From IMG/VR virus record IMGVR_UViG_3300037247_000601, positions 1 through 60,449 of that record: a DNA stretch of 60,449 nucleotides. One strand, written 5' to 3'. How positions within the stretch are numbered: position 1 is the stretch's first letter; every line of letters begins with the position of its first letter. Both the position numbers and the translations under genes were made by a program. The notes beneath the pieces were generated by a model. The model did no database searches and was not told the DNA's origin. It was given only the letters and a program-made list of their open reading frames with translations. Origin of the DNA: a virus. Lineage: Duplodnaviria > Caudoviricetes. Below, in pieces: positions 15,701 to 25,145 of the stretch.

Positions 15701-18687
15701 ACATCTTCTTGAGATACTGGAGTCGCCTGCGCGAGCGTGCGAGATTCGAAGTCGGCTGTGTCATCGGGATAATCCTCGATGTAGCGGTCGATGTCATATT
15801 CTGCCCAACCGTCGTCAAAGTCACGCCCTTCCTGCTCGGCCCGAATCTCCATCTCCCGGGCCACCGCCAAGGAGAGGCCAGTGTCGTCCAGCCGGTCGAC
15901 CGCTTCCTGGGGGATGCCGAGCTCGAGCGCCTTATCGGTCGCCGAGGTGCGTTCTACCGCCGCCTCGTCCTCATCGCGCCGGGCTTCGGCCATATCGAGA
16001 TCGGCGGGGTGGTAGATTTTTTTGATCGCGTTTTCGCGGATCAGTTCCCCTACGGCGTGGTCGTAAGAGCCTTCCGGCAGCAATCCAAGCTGCTCGAAAT
16101 GCTCGCGGAACCAGTGCTGGGACTTGCCGTCCTTGCGGATCAGGCCACGGGTCAAATGCAGATCCTGCGCCCGCGTTTCATCGCTGGGCTGCAAGCCGCC
16201 TTGTTCTTTGATGATGGCCACGATATCGCGAGGCACAGTTTGGTTCGGCACCAGACCAGTCCTGGTCAACCACCCGGTCGAGCGAAGATGCCCCTGAAGA
16301 CGGATCGCCGCGTCTGGGCTGATCTTGAGTCTGCGGGCCAGCATGCCAGGCGTGACCTTACCCAACTTGCCCTCCTGGCGGCGCCAATTAATGAACGCTT
16401 TGCCGGGCTCGACAGAGAGTTGCCAGCTTCCATCCGGCTCCGCGGCCTCCTGGGGGCCCACAGGAGCCACTTCGACCTTAACTGGGTAGACCAGGTCCTG
16501 TGCGATAATCCCGCGTCTTCCTTGGTCCCGTCGCAACTGGCCTTCTTCTGTTAACTGGTCGGCTCTGCTGGCAATCTCCGTAGCCACCACCCTGTTGACA
16601 TATCTACCTTCGGATGTGACGAAGCCATCATCGGACTGGATTTCTTTTGCCTCGAAACCCGCCTCCCTGGCCCGCTCCATCGCTGCACTGTGGAACTCGC
16701 CAGTGAAAACTTCGCCCGAAAGTGTTCTGACGGCAGAAGCGACAATGGTCTCGCTGGGAGCCGCTGTGGTGGCGATCTCAGCCTCGGAAGGTGCCTGGGG
16801 CACCTTAAACGGCTCCGCGCGCACAGCGGGCCGCCCTGGCCCCGTGGGGACGGCCTCTGTCTCGCGTATGAGGTGGCCCTGGAACCGGGGCGCGGATGTT
16901 TCACGTGAAACATCCCCTGGTTCGGCCCGCTTTCTTACGGCCTCATCGACGAGCCGCTGATATTCCGCCTGATAGGCCGACGCTTCGCGTTCGCCGAAGT
17001 TCTGGCGTATGGCCTCAATTTTGGATTCGATCGACTTTGTGGCCATGCCGAACTGTTCGAAATCCTCCCGCGCCTTGTCGGTGATCTCCTGGCCGACGGC
17101 CTCGGCCCGGGCTTCCAAGACCTGTTCGGGGGTGATAACCTCCGGCCGTGCCTGAATGGGTTGTACAGTGGTGGCAATCTCTGGACCCAGTTCTACGGCG
17201 GTGGCTGTCGGAGCCGGCCGTGGCTGTGTTTCTGGTGCAGGCGGCTGTGGTTCTGGCGCTGCTGTACGGCCAAGCCGTTGTTCGATGTCTTCGATTGTCG
17301 GTGCTGGCTGTGCTTCTTCTGTGGCGGTTGTTTTCTCGTCCGCCCCCTTCTTTGAGCGCCGCACCCGAACGCCCATCATCCCTGCCAAGGTATTGAACAG
17401 CGCACCAACCGTGAAGCCGACCTCGCCAGCCTCGGCCGCGCCCTGGAACATCTCGCGCTCCGTATCGTAGAGACCCTGGGCTATCAGGTTCTCCGATACC
17501 GATTGGAACAGTTCCTGCACGCCCTCCTCGACACCGCCCTTGAGCGCGTTGATGAAGATGCGCTGGAATTGTCCGCCGGACGCCTTGTCGTAGCGGTCCA
17601 GCAACCGCGCGACCGGCAGTGCCTCCGAGGTGCCCACGAGACCCGCCATCTTGGCGGAAGTCATGGCAGTCTCAAAGGACGCCCCGCTCTGCACGGCGTC
17701 TCGGAAGGTCGCGGACCCGTTGACCAGCGCACCAGTTCCAGCGGTGACAAGTGTCGCCGGCATGCGCAGCACCCGCCCGGCAATGCCGGTGAGGAGGAAA
17801 GCGCCCGTCGAACCGACGCCTTTGCCCGCCTGGACGACGAAACGGCCCTCATGTTCCTTGGGAATGGGGAACGCTTCCTCGGTACTCTCGCGCAGTGTTA
17901 GTCCCCATTTGTAGGCCGGTTCCTCCGAGACGGGCCTGATTCCAGCCCCGATCTTATCCCGAAGACCCTCGCGGGTCGCCTCGTCCGCGCTCATGTACTG
18001 GATCAAGTCCGCTGTCTGGAACGGAAGTTTCCCGATATTCCTCAGACCCTCGCCACGATCGATGGCGTCGAATATCGACATGGTTTGCCGGAGCGCATTC
18101 TGTCTGGCTATGCCAACTGACTCGGGCAGGCCCGCCGCAGTGCCGGCCGCACCCTGAACCACACCGTAAAGCACACTGCGGGTGAGGCTCTGGGGCTCTG
18201 CCGCTTCCAACCGGCCCAGGATGCTGTCGAGGGTCAGAACCGTGCCCAGGCGCGCCATAATGCTGTTGAGCGTCGGCGCAATAGGCTCGACGGTCGTCTG
18301 TTGCGGCGCGGCCAGTCCCCCACCCAGATCGACCGGGGCAACCGCCGGCATCTCAGCAGCCATGGCCCCTCCCAGGTTGACCGGGACCGCGGCGGAGGCA
18401 GGAACGGGGACAGCTACCGGCGGTGGGGCAGCCTGGGCGACCTGGGTCGGCGCCGGGGTTCCCTGGAGCGCTCGCTCGAAAGCCGCCTTGCCGCCATACT
18501 TATCAAGCACGTTCTGCAAGGCATCGCGGTATTCCGCAGCCTGCGGCGTCACCCCCCGCATAGACAGGCCGCGCGGGTTGTCTGACGTGTAAATCGTTGG
18601 AGGCTTGAGCGCGATCAGGCGGTCGAGATCCTGTTGAGCAGCACCGTCCAAGCGGGCCTCGATACTAGCGAGAGTAACCGGCGGCAT
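12763..18687 (-). CDS. Large internal virion / DNA ejection protein (1974 aa, mosaic)
   Basis: Size; position between ejection genes and tail fibre; Gly/Ala-rich hydrophobic N-region. Confidence 0.8.
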   Translation of the reverse strand: MPPVTLASIEARLDGAAQQDLDRLIALKPPTIYTSDNPRGLSMRGVTPQAAEYRDALQNVLDKYGGKAAFERALQGTPAPTQVAQAAPPPVAVPVPASAAVPVNLGGAMAAEMPAVAPVDLGGGLAAPQQTTVEPIAPTLNSIMARLGTVLTLDSILGRLEAAEPQSLTRSVLYGVVQGAAGTAAGLPESVGIARQNALRQTMSIFDAIDRGEGLRNIGKLPFQTADLIQYMSADEATREGLRDKIGAGIRPVSEEPAYKWGLTLRESTEEAFPIPKEHEGRFVVQAGKGVGSTGAFLLTGIAGRVLRMPATLVTAGTGALVNGSATFRDAVQSGASFETAMTSAKMAGLVGTSEALPVARLLDRYDKASGGQFQRIFINALKGGVEEGVQELFQSVSENLIAQGLYDTEREMFQGAAEAGEVGFTVGALFNTLAGMMGVRVRRSKKGADEKTTATEEAQPAPTIEDIEQRLGRTAAPEPQPPAPETQPRPAPTATAVELGPEIATTVQPIQARPEVITPEQVLEARAEAVGQEITDKAREDFEQFGMATKSIESKIEAIRQNFGEREASAYQAEYQRLVDEAVRKRAEPGDVSRETSAPRFQGHLIRETEAVPTGPGRPAVRAEPFKVPQAPSEAEIATTAAPSETIVASAVRTLSGEVFTGEFHSAAMERAREAGFEAKEIQSDDGFVTSEGRYVNRVVATEIASRADQLTEEGQLRRDQGRRGIIAQDLVYPVKVEVAPVGPQEAAEPDGSWQLSVEPGKAFINWRRQEGKLGKVTPGMLARRLKISPDAAIRLQGHLRSTGWLTRTGLVPNQTVPRDIVAIIKEQGGLQPSDETRAQDLHLTRGLIRKDGKSQHWFREHFEQLGLLPEGSYDHAVGELIRENAIKKIYHPADLDMAEARRDEDEAAVERTSATDKALELGIPQEAVDRLDDTGLSLAVAREMEIRAEQEGRDFDDGWAEYDIDRYIEDYPDDTADFESRTLAQATPVSQEDVEEAEPLARGEEGAAQPDRDAGDRGAAAGEGAELSPEYRAAIKKHDIATRKYKKIAELYRTRMADDSEFEVAAKEYKAATEEFDEAFAAEQDRQPTVEPTPQGPQTVLPGAEKISDRELAERKMQGRAKAKAAQKPADEGLFDVAGRGQGEIELHAGINLPAAQKQWGKIADRALDYIADLSWIQKATKGYPFRDPHMTALGKQGAEQYLEIYRAAMGRAWRAERIADHLGQVFDNATDVEAKLVIEYLTTKGANPNMIPHRPVLIRQKGRVFKKKPVSLRNAAVAAKSTIKKLGKEMVRRGILPQKSFDKYADEYLPRVYLKFLLERHTGSGGAGLKIGERGYLKERIEDLPAEYRDLYLGEIKDPGFLVRRALSVPAHDMAMEDFLHDIAGNPEWMLPNSFVEWKPPGIRSSRKVTPYWLKAEAQALRDRSRHVDKAQAEGMRGLAEEMDALGEQGLGLFRDQVARPILEEFEKLPDNPRYGDLRGAYVRKDIWNDIMGSRRTILGEETVLDKTLEAARVAHAFWKLSKVPLNPPTVNRNIFSGMVLMHIAGDVRNPILRMGQALREIRNNGQNYRLAIRSGIPASTFKANELKDLHKDVLRIKGEQDGFLGFAYKVAFTVADKVEGAANFYQFIETWGKTAVIIDQKRRGATDQEAVAKAQEALFDYSAVPNWIKQARRSPVGAPFVTFFYKAAPAILRGAARHPGRMFMYYAIPYILGEALVKALHDVDDDDINALLKALPEWMHDKGLVMLWPVQDEKGRWQPIDLSYFMPWGAHEQAFTSAVKIATGEVREGGLELFKDFGIFGGPAPQIAIAATTGVDTFTGYSIVRETDPPRVAALKILQYSWRLVAPTWLTDIGFTGHMYRSLTDQPNYRGDPPLTAMQASARLIGVNIYPVNPEDTRDRNLSRYRWEIKKVTRAMRNLGRDQSLSEEEKEHRRDEYREMRDYLIERRDRYEKESRVHPRLRIGVQAASP
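16897..16912. promoter_or_regulatory. parS: Perfect parS centromere site
   Basis: TGTTTCACGTGAAACA inside a 22-bp perfect palindrome (16894-16915). Confidence 0.85.
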
Positions 18688-19757
18688 CAGTTGTAACCGA
18701 GTTCACTCAGTCTGGCGGCGAGCGCATCCAACACAGCCTGGGGCGGTTTCTTACCGCTGGCTTTGAGTTCCTGAGTATATGCCCTGATATCCTCGACACT
18801 CATTTGCGAGGGGTTCTTGTCAGCCTTCGCCTTCGGCACGGCTTTGGGCTTTTCTGCTGCCGCTCCACTCCCGCCGAAGCCAAACAGTTCTTGCAGCCAG
18901 GAGCGCCCTTCCTCGGAGTCAGGCTCGGCCTCCGGCGGCTTCACCCGGCCATAGGCCAGATCCCCGATGGCCGTGGCCTGCTCGAAGGCACGGTCGGCGC
19001 CATACCCGGCCGACGCATAGCGCGCCGCAAGATCGCGCACATAGGCGTCGTAGCTCTTGTCCTTGCTCTCCAGTTTGAGCGCCAAGGCGTCTTTCATGCT
19101 GATCCCGGCCAGCTTGGCGATGAACGGAACATCCTTTTGCAAGGCCGTCAGCCCACCGGCTCCCGTCGTGGCCAGGGCCCTTTCGCCTTTCAAGTAGCCG
19201 GGCCTCAACTCCACCCCACCACCCGGCACATTCCGGTATCCGGTCGGCGGCGTGGGTACCTTGGCGATCTGGCCCAGCACCGCCTCGCCGAGGGCAATCT
19301 GTTCGCTGGTCCACTGGTCGTCGTAGGCGGTCGGCGCGCCCTTGATGTTCAGCCCCTCGGCTTGGGCGCGCTCCAGCGCCACGCCCCACATCTGCGCACG
19401 CCGGCCCACCGGGGCGGACTGGACCACCTTCATCAGATTGACCTGGGTCTCCAGACCCTGCTTGAACTCGTCCTGCTTGCGCTTGTCCGCCTTGGCGTAG
19501 AAATCCACGATCTGCGCGGTCTTTTGGGGATTGGCCGCCATCCCCTGACCGATCGCAGCCTGGTCGCCGGCGATGATCTGCGGCACCAGCGCGTTGTACT
19601 GGTTCCGGCGGCCTTGCGCGCCCTGCATTTCCTGTAGCTGGGCCTGGCGCAACGCGTTGGAGGTGCGCTGGCCCTGGCGCTGCTGCGCCCGGTCCCGGAT
19701 GGCCGGCATGTCGATGCCGCGGGCCTGCAAGGCCGGATAAGAGGTGAACGTGGGCAT
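18687..19757 (-). CDS. Internal virion / ejection protein
   Basis: GGAG SD; Q/A-rich helical protein; position matches P22 gp20. Confidence 0.7.
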   Translation of the reverse strand: MPTFTSYPALQARGIDMPAIRDRAQQRQGQRTSNALRQAQLQEMQGAQGRRNQYNALVPQIIAGDQAAIGQGMAANPQKTAQIVDFYAKADKRKQDEFKQGLETQVNLMKVVQSAPVGRRAQMWGVALERAQAEGLNIKGAPTAYDDQWTSEQIALGEAVLGQIAKVPTPPTGYRNVPGGGVELRPGYLKGERALATTGAGGLTALQKDVPFIAKLAGISMKDALALKLESKDKSYDAYVRDLAARYASAGYGADRAFEQATAIGDLAYGRVKPPEAEPDSEEGRSWLQELFGFGGSGAAAEKPKAVPKAKADKNPSQMSVEDIRAYTQELKASGKKPPQAVLDALAARLSELGYN

Positions 19758-19767
19758 CCGTCTCTCC

Positions 19768-20310
19768 CTAGTACCAGTTGTACGCGGTGCCGGAATATGG
19801 CTGGCTTTGCCATCCGCGAGTTCCGCCACCGTCCTCGTCATCGTCCCAGAAGGCATCGATCGCGCCCGCATAGCCCTGCATCAGAGCATTGCTCGAGCCG
19901 ATGTACCCCGAGGCCTGCGCCTGGCCGCCCGACATGATGGTCTGACTCAGTTGCCCCGAGGTGGCGCCGTACTGGCCGGCCGCGCTGGCGCCAAGTTGGC
20001 CGGTGTACTGCGTGGCCGTCTGGCCGATGCCCGCCATCGAGGCCAGGCGATTGGCATAGCTGTTGAATTCCGAGCTCGCCAGACCCTGGCCGTAGCTGGT
20101 CAACTCCCGCAACAGCCCGCCGGACATCAGCTTGCCCTTGGCAGCCGCCGAGCGTTCGAAGGCACGCGTGCCTTCATCCATGCGGAACTGGTAGCCGGGG
20201 GACTTGTAGAACGGAGAGTAATCCGGCGAGCCCCCACCGGCCTGCATCGCTGTGGCGATCTGGCCCCCGATATCGGCAATCTGGATGTCAAGTTCTTCGA
20301 TGCTTGGCAT
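19768..20310 (-). CDS. DNA transfer protein, P22 gp7-like C-terminal half
   Basis: SPGYQFRMDEG..AFERSAAAKG.LMSGG...YGQGLAS.EF. Confidence 0.8.
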   Translation of the reverse strand: MPSIEELDIQIADIGGQIATAMQAGGGSPDYSPFYKSPGYQFRMDEGTRAFERSAAAKGKLMSGGLLRELTSYGQGLASSEFNSYANRLASMAGIGQTATQYTGQLGASAAGQYGATSGQLSQTIMSGGQAQASGYIGSSNALMQGYAGAIDAFWDDDEDGGGTRGWQSQPYSGTAYNWY

Positions 20311-21314
20311 TACTTCGAGCCTTTCCGATTGGCGGCCTTGTTGGCCCGGATGAGGAAGTTGCGGCCCAGCATCTTGACCGCCGGCCGCGACATCACGACC
20401 TCACCCTCTTGGGCGGTGATCCGCATGTTGTTCCGGTATGTCTTGGGGTTGTGGTCCGTCACTGGACCGCCCTTGTGCCATCCCGGTCCGGCGGTATCTT
20501 CTCCAGTTTGGCCCCCGCCGCCCATCCCGCCGCTATAATCGCCGCCATCACGATCACCGCCACCCTGGGCCGCTGCTTCCGATCCCGGCCCCGCGCCAGG
20601 CCCCGCTCCGCCGGCTGCCGTAGCAGCGGCAGCGATGTCACCGGCAACGCTCGGATCAATGCCGCCACCCGCATCGCCGGTGGTCTCAGCGCTGTAAATT
20701 TGGTTTGCCAGACCCGAGATGATGCCGACTGGCCCACCGAGGAAGGACGCGACCGTACTGGCCCAATCCTCGAATGAGCCGCTCCATTCAGCGACGCCAA
20801 AGTCGTTGTCGCGGCCTTGCGGATCATCCGCGCCCGCGCCCGGCCCGCCGTCACCACCCCGGCCGGCGTCCCAGATTTGCCGCAGAGCCCCAAGCTGTTC
20901 CTGTGACAAGCCGCCCTGCGCGCCAGCCTGTCCCGACGCTCCGCCGCCAGTCGTCAACCGTGCCCGCTGGGCCCGCAGTTCGTTCAACTGCCCCTGCAGT
21001 TGCACCATCTGGTGGCCGCCAGGAATGAACATTTGGTTCATGGTTTGCAACGCGCCCGCGCCCGTGGCCCGGTAAGGCGCCAGGTCCGCACGGCCAACAT
21101 TGTAGGCCTCTTTGGTGAAAGCCAGGGCGTTGCGGCTTTCGCCGGCGGCGATTTCGGCGGCCCGCACCATGGCTTGGGAAGCATCTTCGGCAGCGCCGGC
21201 CGCTTGCGAGCCAGCGAACAGCGAAATGCCGGCGCTCAGAATATCGCCGAAGTTGAAATCGCAGAATCGAGCCCGCAGGAATCTCGGTTCAAGGAGTGTC
21301 GGATCTTGTTTCAT
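20310..21314 (-). CDS. DNA transfer protein, gp7-like N-terminal half plus Gly-rich linker and GGxV...GEVV module
   Basis: AAGAAEDAS...DLAPYRATGAGAL; HKGGPV...AQEGEVVMSRPAVKMLG. Confidence 0.7.
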   Translation of the reverse strand: MKQDPTLLEPRFLRARFCDFNFGDILSAGISLFAGSQAAGAAEDASQAMVRAAEIAAGESRNALAFTKEAYNVGRADLAPYRATGAGALQTMNQMFIPGGHQMVQLQGQLNELRAQRARLTTGGGASGQAGAQGGLSQEQLGALRQIWDAGRGGDGGPGAGADDPQGRDNDFGVAEWSGSFEDWASTVASFLGGPVGIISGLANQIYSAETTGDAGGGIDPSVAGDIAAAATAAGGAGPGAGPGSEAAAQGGGDRDGGDYSGGMGGGGQTGEDTAGPGWHKGGPVTDHNPKTYRNNMRITAQEGEVVMSRPAVKMLGRNFLIRANKAANRKGSK

Positions 21315-21325
21315 ATCAACCTCTG

Positions 21326-22189
21326 CTACGCCGTTCGATAGGCCGTGATGCGGAGCGTCAAGCTGCCCGCGGTGTAATCGGTGGTGCCGCCGCTGTACTT
21401 GCCCACGATGTCCGTTCCCGAGGCCGAGGCGGCGAACAGGTGCGAGGCCGTGGCTGGGTTGGGCATGCCGGCATCGCCCCAGCGCGCAACCGCGAGGCTT
21501 TGCAGCGTGGCCGCCGGGATGACCGACCAAGTGCTTGTACCGTCCGTGATATCGAGCAGCCGGTCCCCACCGCCGCCGGAGAAGTCCGTTCCGTCCCCCG
21601 ACAGCACGATATCGAGCACCTTCCAGGTCTCGTCCGTCGCGGCATCGAGCAGTATCTTCTCGGCTGCGCTCGCTAGATCAGCCTGGCCGACCGTCATCTC
21701 GAAGACTTGGAGCGCCACGTCTATGGTGGGGTTGCCCGAAACGCCGTCACCATCGGCCCAGAAGGCACCGCCAGCGGCCGTGATGGTCCTTTGCGCCCAG
21801 GTGTTCGCCCCCGTCCTAACGGCTATCCCTGTGCTTCCCAGGGCCTCCAGGGCCGCAATATCATCAGCCAGCGCCAGCGTGGGATTACCCGCCACCCCGT
21901 CGCCGTTGGAAACCGAAATGCCCGCCGCTGGGCCCGTCAGGGTACGCTCCACATAAGCCGCCGCGGCGGTCCGCACCACCAACCCCGTGCCAGCCAGCGC
22001 CGCCAGGGCGTCGAGGTCCGCGTCCCAAGCCTGCACCGTGACGCCCAAGTCACCGGCCAGCAGAGCCGTGACATCTCCCGCCCCGCCAGAGCGCAGCCAC
22101 ATGGCATGGAAGAACCATCGCCACTCCCGGTTGACGGGTTTATCGCCCGCAATCGGCACATTCGGAATCGGAATCTGGGCTTCGGCCAT
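21326..22189 (-). CDS. Tail needle-like / minor tail protein
   Basis: Follows gp10-like gene; REWRWFF N-terminus; two GDGVxGNPT repeats. Confidence 0.7.
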   Translation of the reverse strand: MAEAQIPIPNVPIAGDKPVNREWRWFFHAMWLRSGGAGDVTALLAGDLGVTVQAWDADLDALAALAGTGLVVRTAAAAYVERTLTGPAAGISVSNGDGVAGNPTLALADDIAALEALGSTGIAVRTGANTWAQRTITAAGGAFWADGDGVSGNPTIDVALQVFEMTVGQADLASAAEKILLDAATDETWKVLDIVLSGDGTDFSGGGGDRLLDITDGTSTWSVIPAATLQSLAVARWGDAGMPNPATASHLFAASASGTDIVGKYSGGTTDYTAGSLTLRITAYRTA

Positions 22190-24843
22190 CAGGCGCGGCC
22201 CTGCCGGGGGTTCAGGTGGGCCGCCAGGATGCTGCGCTTCACCGGATCGGAGACCACCACACTGAAGATACGCTCGCGCGCCGAGCCCATGCGGGTCCAC
22301 CGAAGGCGCTTCCGATACTCGCCCAGCTTGCCCATCGACCGGAACGGCTTGCGCGCCGACCAGGTGCGCCCGCCGTCGTCGGACCATTCGAGCCAGATTT
22401 GCGGGTCTGACCCCTGGCCGGTCGTCAGGCCGATGCCGGATTCGATATCGAGTTCGAACTTGCGGTGGGAAACTCTCGTGCGATCGGCATGGATGACCGA
22501 GCCGGTCGCTCTCCCTTGCATGGTGACGCCGTATTCCTGGTAGGTATCGAGGTCCAGCTCCCCGATCTTGCCGTCCTGGAAGTCGCCCACCAGGTGCTTG
22601 CCATAGGCCTCGATATGCGTGCTGACCCGCCAGCGGCCCATGCCGAACGACTGGCGCTCGTGCCACAATTTGGTCGCAATATCATAGACCCAAGTGTGAT
22701 CTTCGGCCGGGAAGGTGCAGACGTAGAACTTGTGGCCCGCCATGGTGTAAATGAGCGCGCAGGCGTCATCGATCACCGTGTATTTCCGCAACGCCTCCTC
22801 GATGCCGTGCTGGCTGATCCGCACCGGTTGATACCCGTCAGCGCGGTAGAATATCCGGTCCTCGCCGAGCCAGAAGATGCTGTTGTCGTCCTCCGCTACC
22901 GAGAACGCCGCCGCGCAGCCCCGCTCGATAAATCCGCCTTCGTATCTGGAGAATGGGGGCGAGCCTGATCCGCTGTTATACCAAATCTCGATAGTCTCGG
23001 CACCGAACAGCCACAACTCTCGCCTTTGGGAGATCAGCGACACCAGGTTGTCCGGGTCGCCCTCCGCGGTCGCGATATCGGTCGCGGTGTAGAGCGTGCC
23101 GTCGTTCAGGTTGGACAGGAACCACTGGCCCGTGCCGTCACGAATGAAAACGAAATACTGGTCTTGGAAATCCACCACGCGGCTGGGGTAGAAATCGTCG
23201 TCGGTGATCTCCACCAGTCCGCCCGTCGTGGTGTAGATCCAGCCGTTCGTTCCATCAACGATGACGAGCTGCGACGGGCCAGCATCGTTGTGCGACATGG
23301 ACACTTTGTTGATGCAGCCCGGCGTCGTACCCGTTCCATCGCTCCCCGGCATGACAAAGCCACCTGCCATGGTGAGCGTATTGTCGTCAACCGCCATGTC
23401 GCCCGTGGTGGTGATGATAATTACTGAGCCGTTGGAGGCCGTTCCGCCGGCCGAAGTTCCAGAGGCCCCTGTTATTGTGACTTGGTTGCCCGCCACGGTG
23501 ACAGCCCAAAGCGTCGTGCTGAACGAATATTGGTAGACCGTGTTGGTAGACGTGCCGAGGATATAAAGATCGCCCCCGTCTTGGTGGATGAACATCCACC
23601 TGGGCTGACTTTCTTCCCCAGCGACGGAAAACGACCGCTCGGCATAACCGGCCGTGGTCAAGTCGCCCTTCACCGTCATGGTAAATTCATAAATGATGCC
23701 GCTGCCCGATTGGAACTGGTCAACGACGAAAAACTGATGGCCATTCAAAAGGAAAAAAGAACTCAGAGCACCCGTGAACACACCACCCGACGCCGTGCCC
23801 GGGTTGAAGCTTGAAATAAACGTGAGGTCCAAAGCATTGTAAGCCGCACCCGTGCTGTATTCGCTAATAAGCCCGTCTATATCGCAAATGTACGCCTTTG
23901 AACCGTCGTCATTGAAGGAAAGACTGCGGGGGGCAACGCTGAACCTTACCCTTTGGCCGTACGTATGGTCCGCCGATGAAATGTCATACGCGCCACCACA
24001 GACGACTTTGTATATCGTCTTATAGGTTACCTCGCATATCCAGACGGTCAGGCCATCGGGCGACCATGTGTGACCCTGCACATCGTCAAAGCCGGTTTGA
24101 TTTACGCCATCGCCGCCTGAGATTTTTTCCGATTCAAAACTCGCCGTGCCGCCATAATCAAACGTCACGCTGTCATAAGATGCAGTATCTACTCCACCTG
24201 GGGTTGGCAGGGAATATTGATACATCTTGTCAGTCGAGCCAGACCCGGAAGCAGCAGCGAACATCTTGGTTTTACCGGACGAAAAACTCAGGCCATCGGT
24301 ACTGCTAATTGACGACGGGTTGCTTCCAATATCGAAGGACTTGATGCTCGGCCCCGGAGGCAACTTGATAAACGTGCCAATGATGGTCTTGAGCCATTCG
24401 GCCGTCACCTCGTCACTTGTCGCCCAAGTGACCGGCGCGGCCAGAATTTCGTTTCCATCAACCGTAATCGACGTGATCTGGTTCGCAGAATCAGCCGTCC
24501 CCCCAGTGATGGAGAAGCTGGCCGATGCCCCCATGGACACGCCCGGCTCGCCCTCACCGCCCTTCTGAATGCTGCCCAGCGGGACAGCTTTACCGTTCGC
24601 GTCCACGCTATAGAGCGTACAGCCCGAGACGGCGTACAGCACCCCGTCCATCTTCTCCGTGCCGCGAATCGGGCCGTCGCCCACGGCGGGCGCCCACTCC
24701 TTGATGCCGGGGCTGTTAAACAGCACCACCGGGCTCTTGGCGTCGTTGGGCGCCGCCTCGGCGAAATAGTTCACCAGTTGCTGCGCCGAGAGCGGCAGGG
24801 CCCGTGACTGGTAGCTGTTGATTGCGAAGCGAATGGGGGGCAT
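22189..24843 (-). CDS. P22 gp10-like tail hub (packaged DNA stabilization) with ~400-aa insertion
   Basis: ATAEGDPD, IERGCAA, TWVYDIATKLWHER, WSDDGGRTWS, GKLGEYRKR. Confidence 0.88.
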   Translation of the reverse strand: MPPIRFAINSYQSRALPLSAQQLVNYFAEAAPNDAKSPVVLFNSPGIKEWAPAVGDGPIRGTEKMDGVLYAVSGCTLYSVDANGKAVPLGSIQKGGEGEPGVSMGASASFSITGGTADSANQITSITVDGNEILAAPVTWATSDEVTAEWLKTIIGTFIKLPPGPSIKSFDIGSNPSSISSTDGLSFSSGKTKMFAAASGSGSTDKMYQYSLPTPGGVDTASYDSVTFDYGGTASFESEKISGGDGVNQTGFDDVQGHTWSPDGLTVWICEVTYKTIYKVVCGGAYDISSADHTYGQRVRFSVAPRSLSFNDDGSKAYICDIDGLISEYSTGAAYNALDLTFISSFNPGTASGGVFTGALSSFFLLNGHQFFVVDQFQSGSGIIYEFTMTVKGDLTTAGYAERSFSVAGEESQPRWMFIHQDGGDLYILGTSTNTVYQYSFSTTLWAVTVAGNQVTITGASGTSAGGTASNGSVIIITTTGDMAVDDNTLTMAGGFVMPGSDGTGTTPGCINKVSMSHNDAGPSQLVIVDGTNGWIYTTTGGLVEITDDDFYPSRVVDFQDQYFVFIRDGTGQWFLSNLNDGTLYTATDIATAEGDPDNLVSLISQRRELWLFGAETIEIWYNSGSGSPPFSRYEGGFIERGCAAAFSVAEDDNSIFWLGEDRIFYRADGYQPVRISQHGIEEALRKYTVIDDACALIYTMAGHKFYVCTFPAEDHTWVYDIATKLWHERQSFGMGRWRVSTHIEAYGKHLVGDFQDGKIGELDLDTYQEYGVTMQGRATGSVIHADRTRVSHRKFELDIESGIGLTTGQGSDPQIWLEWSDDGGRTWSARKPFRSMGKLGEYRKRLRWTRMGSARERIFSVVVSDPVKRSILAAHLNPRQGRA

Positions 24844-25145
24844 CAGGCAATCCCGTCGTCATCAAAAGGATTAACAATCCGGCGTGTATCGGATTTGGTA
24901 ATCTCTCTCAGCAGACAGACCTTGACATACTCCGGCATGGCTCCGGACGGTATCCGACCATCGTGCGGGGCAAACCAATTGGCGTCGTAGCCACGATCCT
25001 TATCCCAAGCAACCACCGCATAGCCTGCGATGTTGGGCATCGCCGCGATGGTCTTCACATCATCTTTCAACATCGACCGTGTTCGCTTTGCCTCACGCTG
25101 AGCGCGGTTGTTGCGATGAACGGACAGCGAGACGGGCTGGCTCAT
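24843..25145 (-). CDS. Hypothetical protein
   Basis: Overlaps both neighbours. Confidence 0.65.
   Translation of the reverse strand: MSQPVSLSVHRNNRAQREAKRTRSMLKDDVKTIAAMPNIAGYAVVAWDKDRGYDANWFAPHDGRIPSGAMPEYVKVCLLREITKSDTRRIVNPFDDDGIA

Noticed and set aside
13159-18592. Long + strand ORFs antisense to virion genes (also opposite portal, scaffold and dnaB)
   Set aside because: Shadow ORFs expected from high-GC codon bias; no motifs or SDs.
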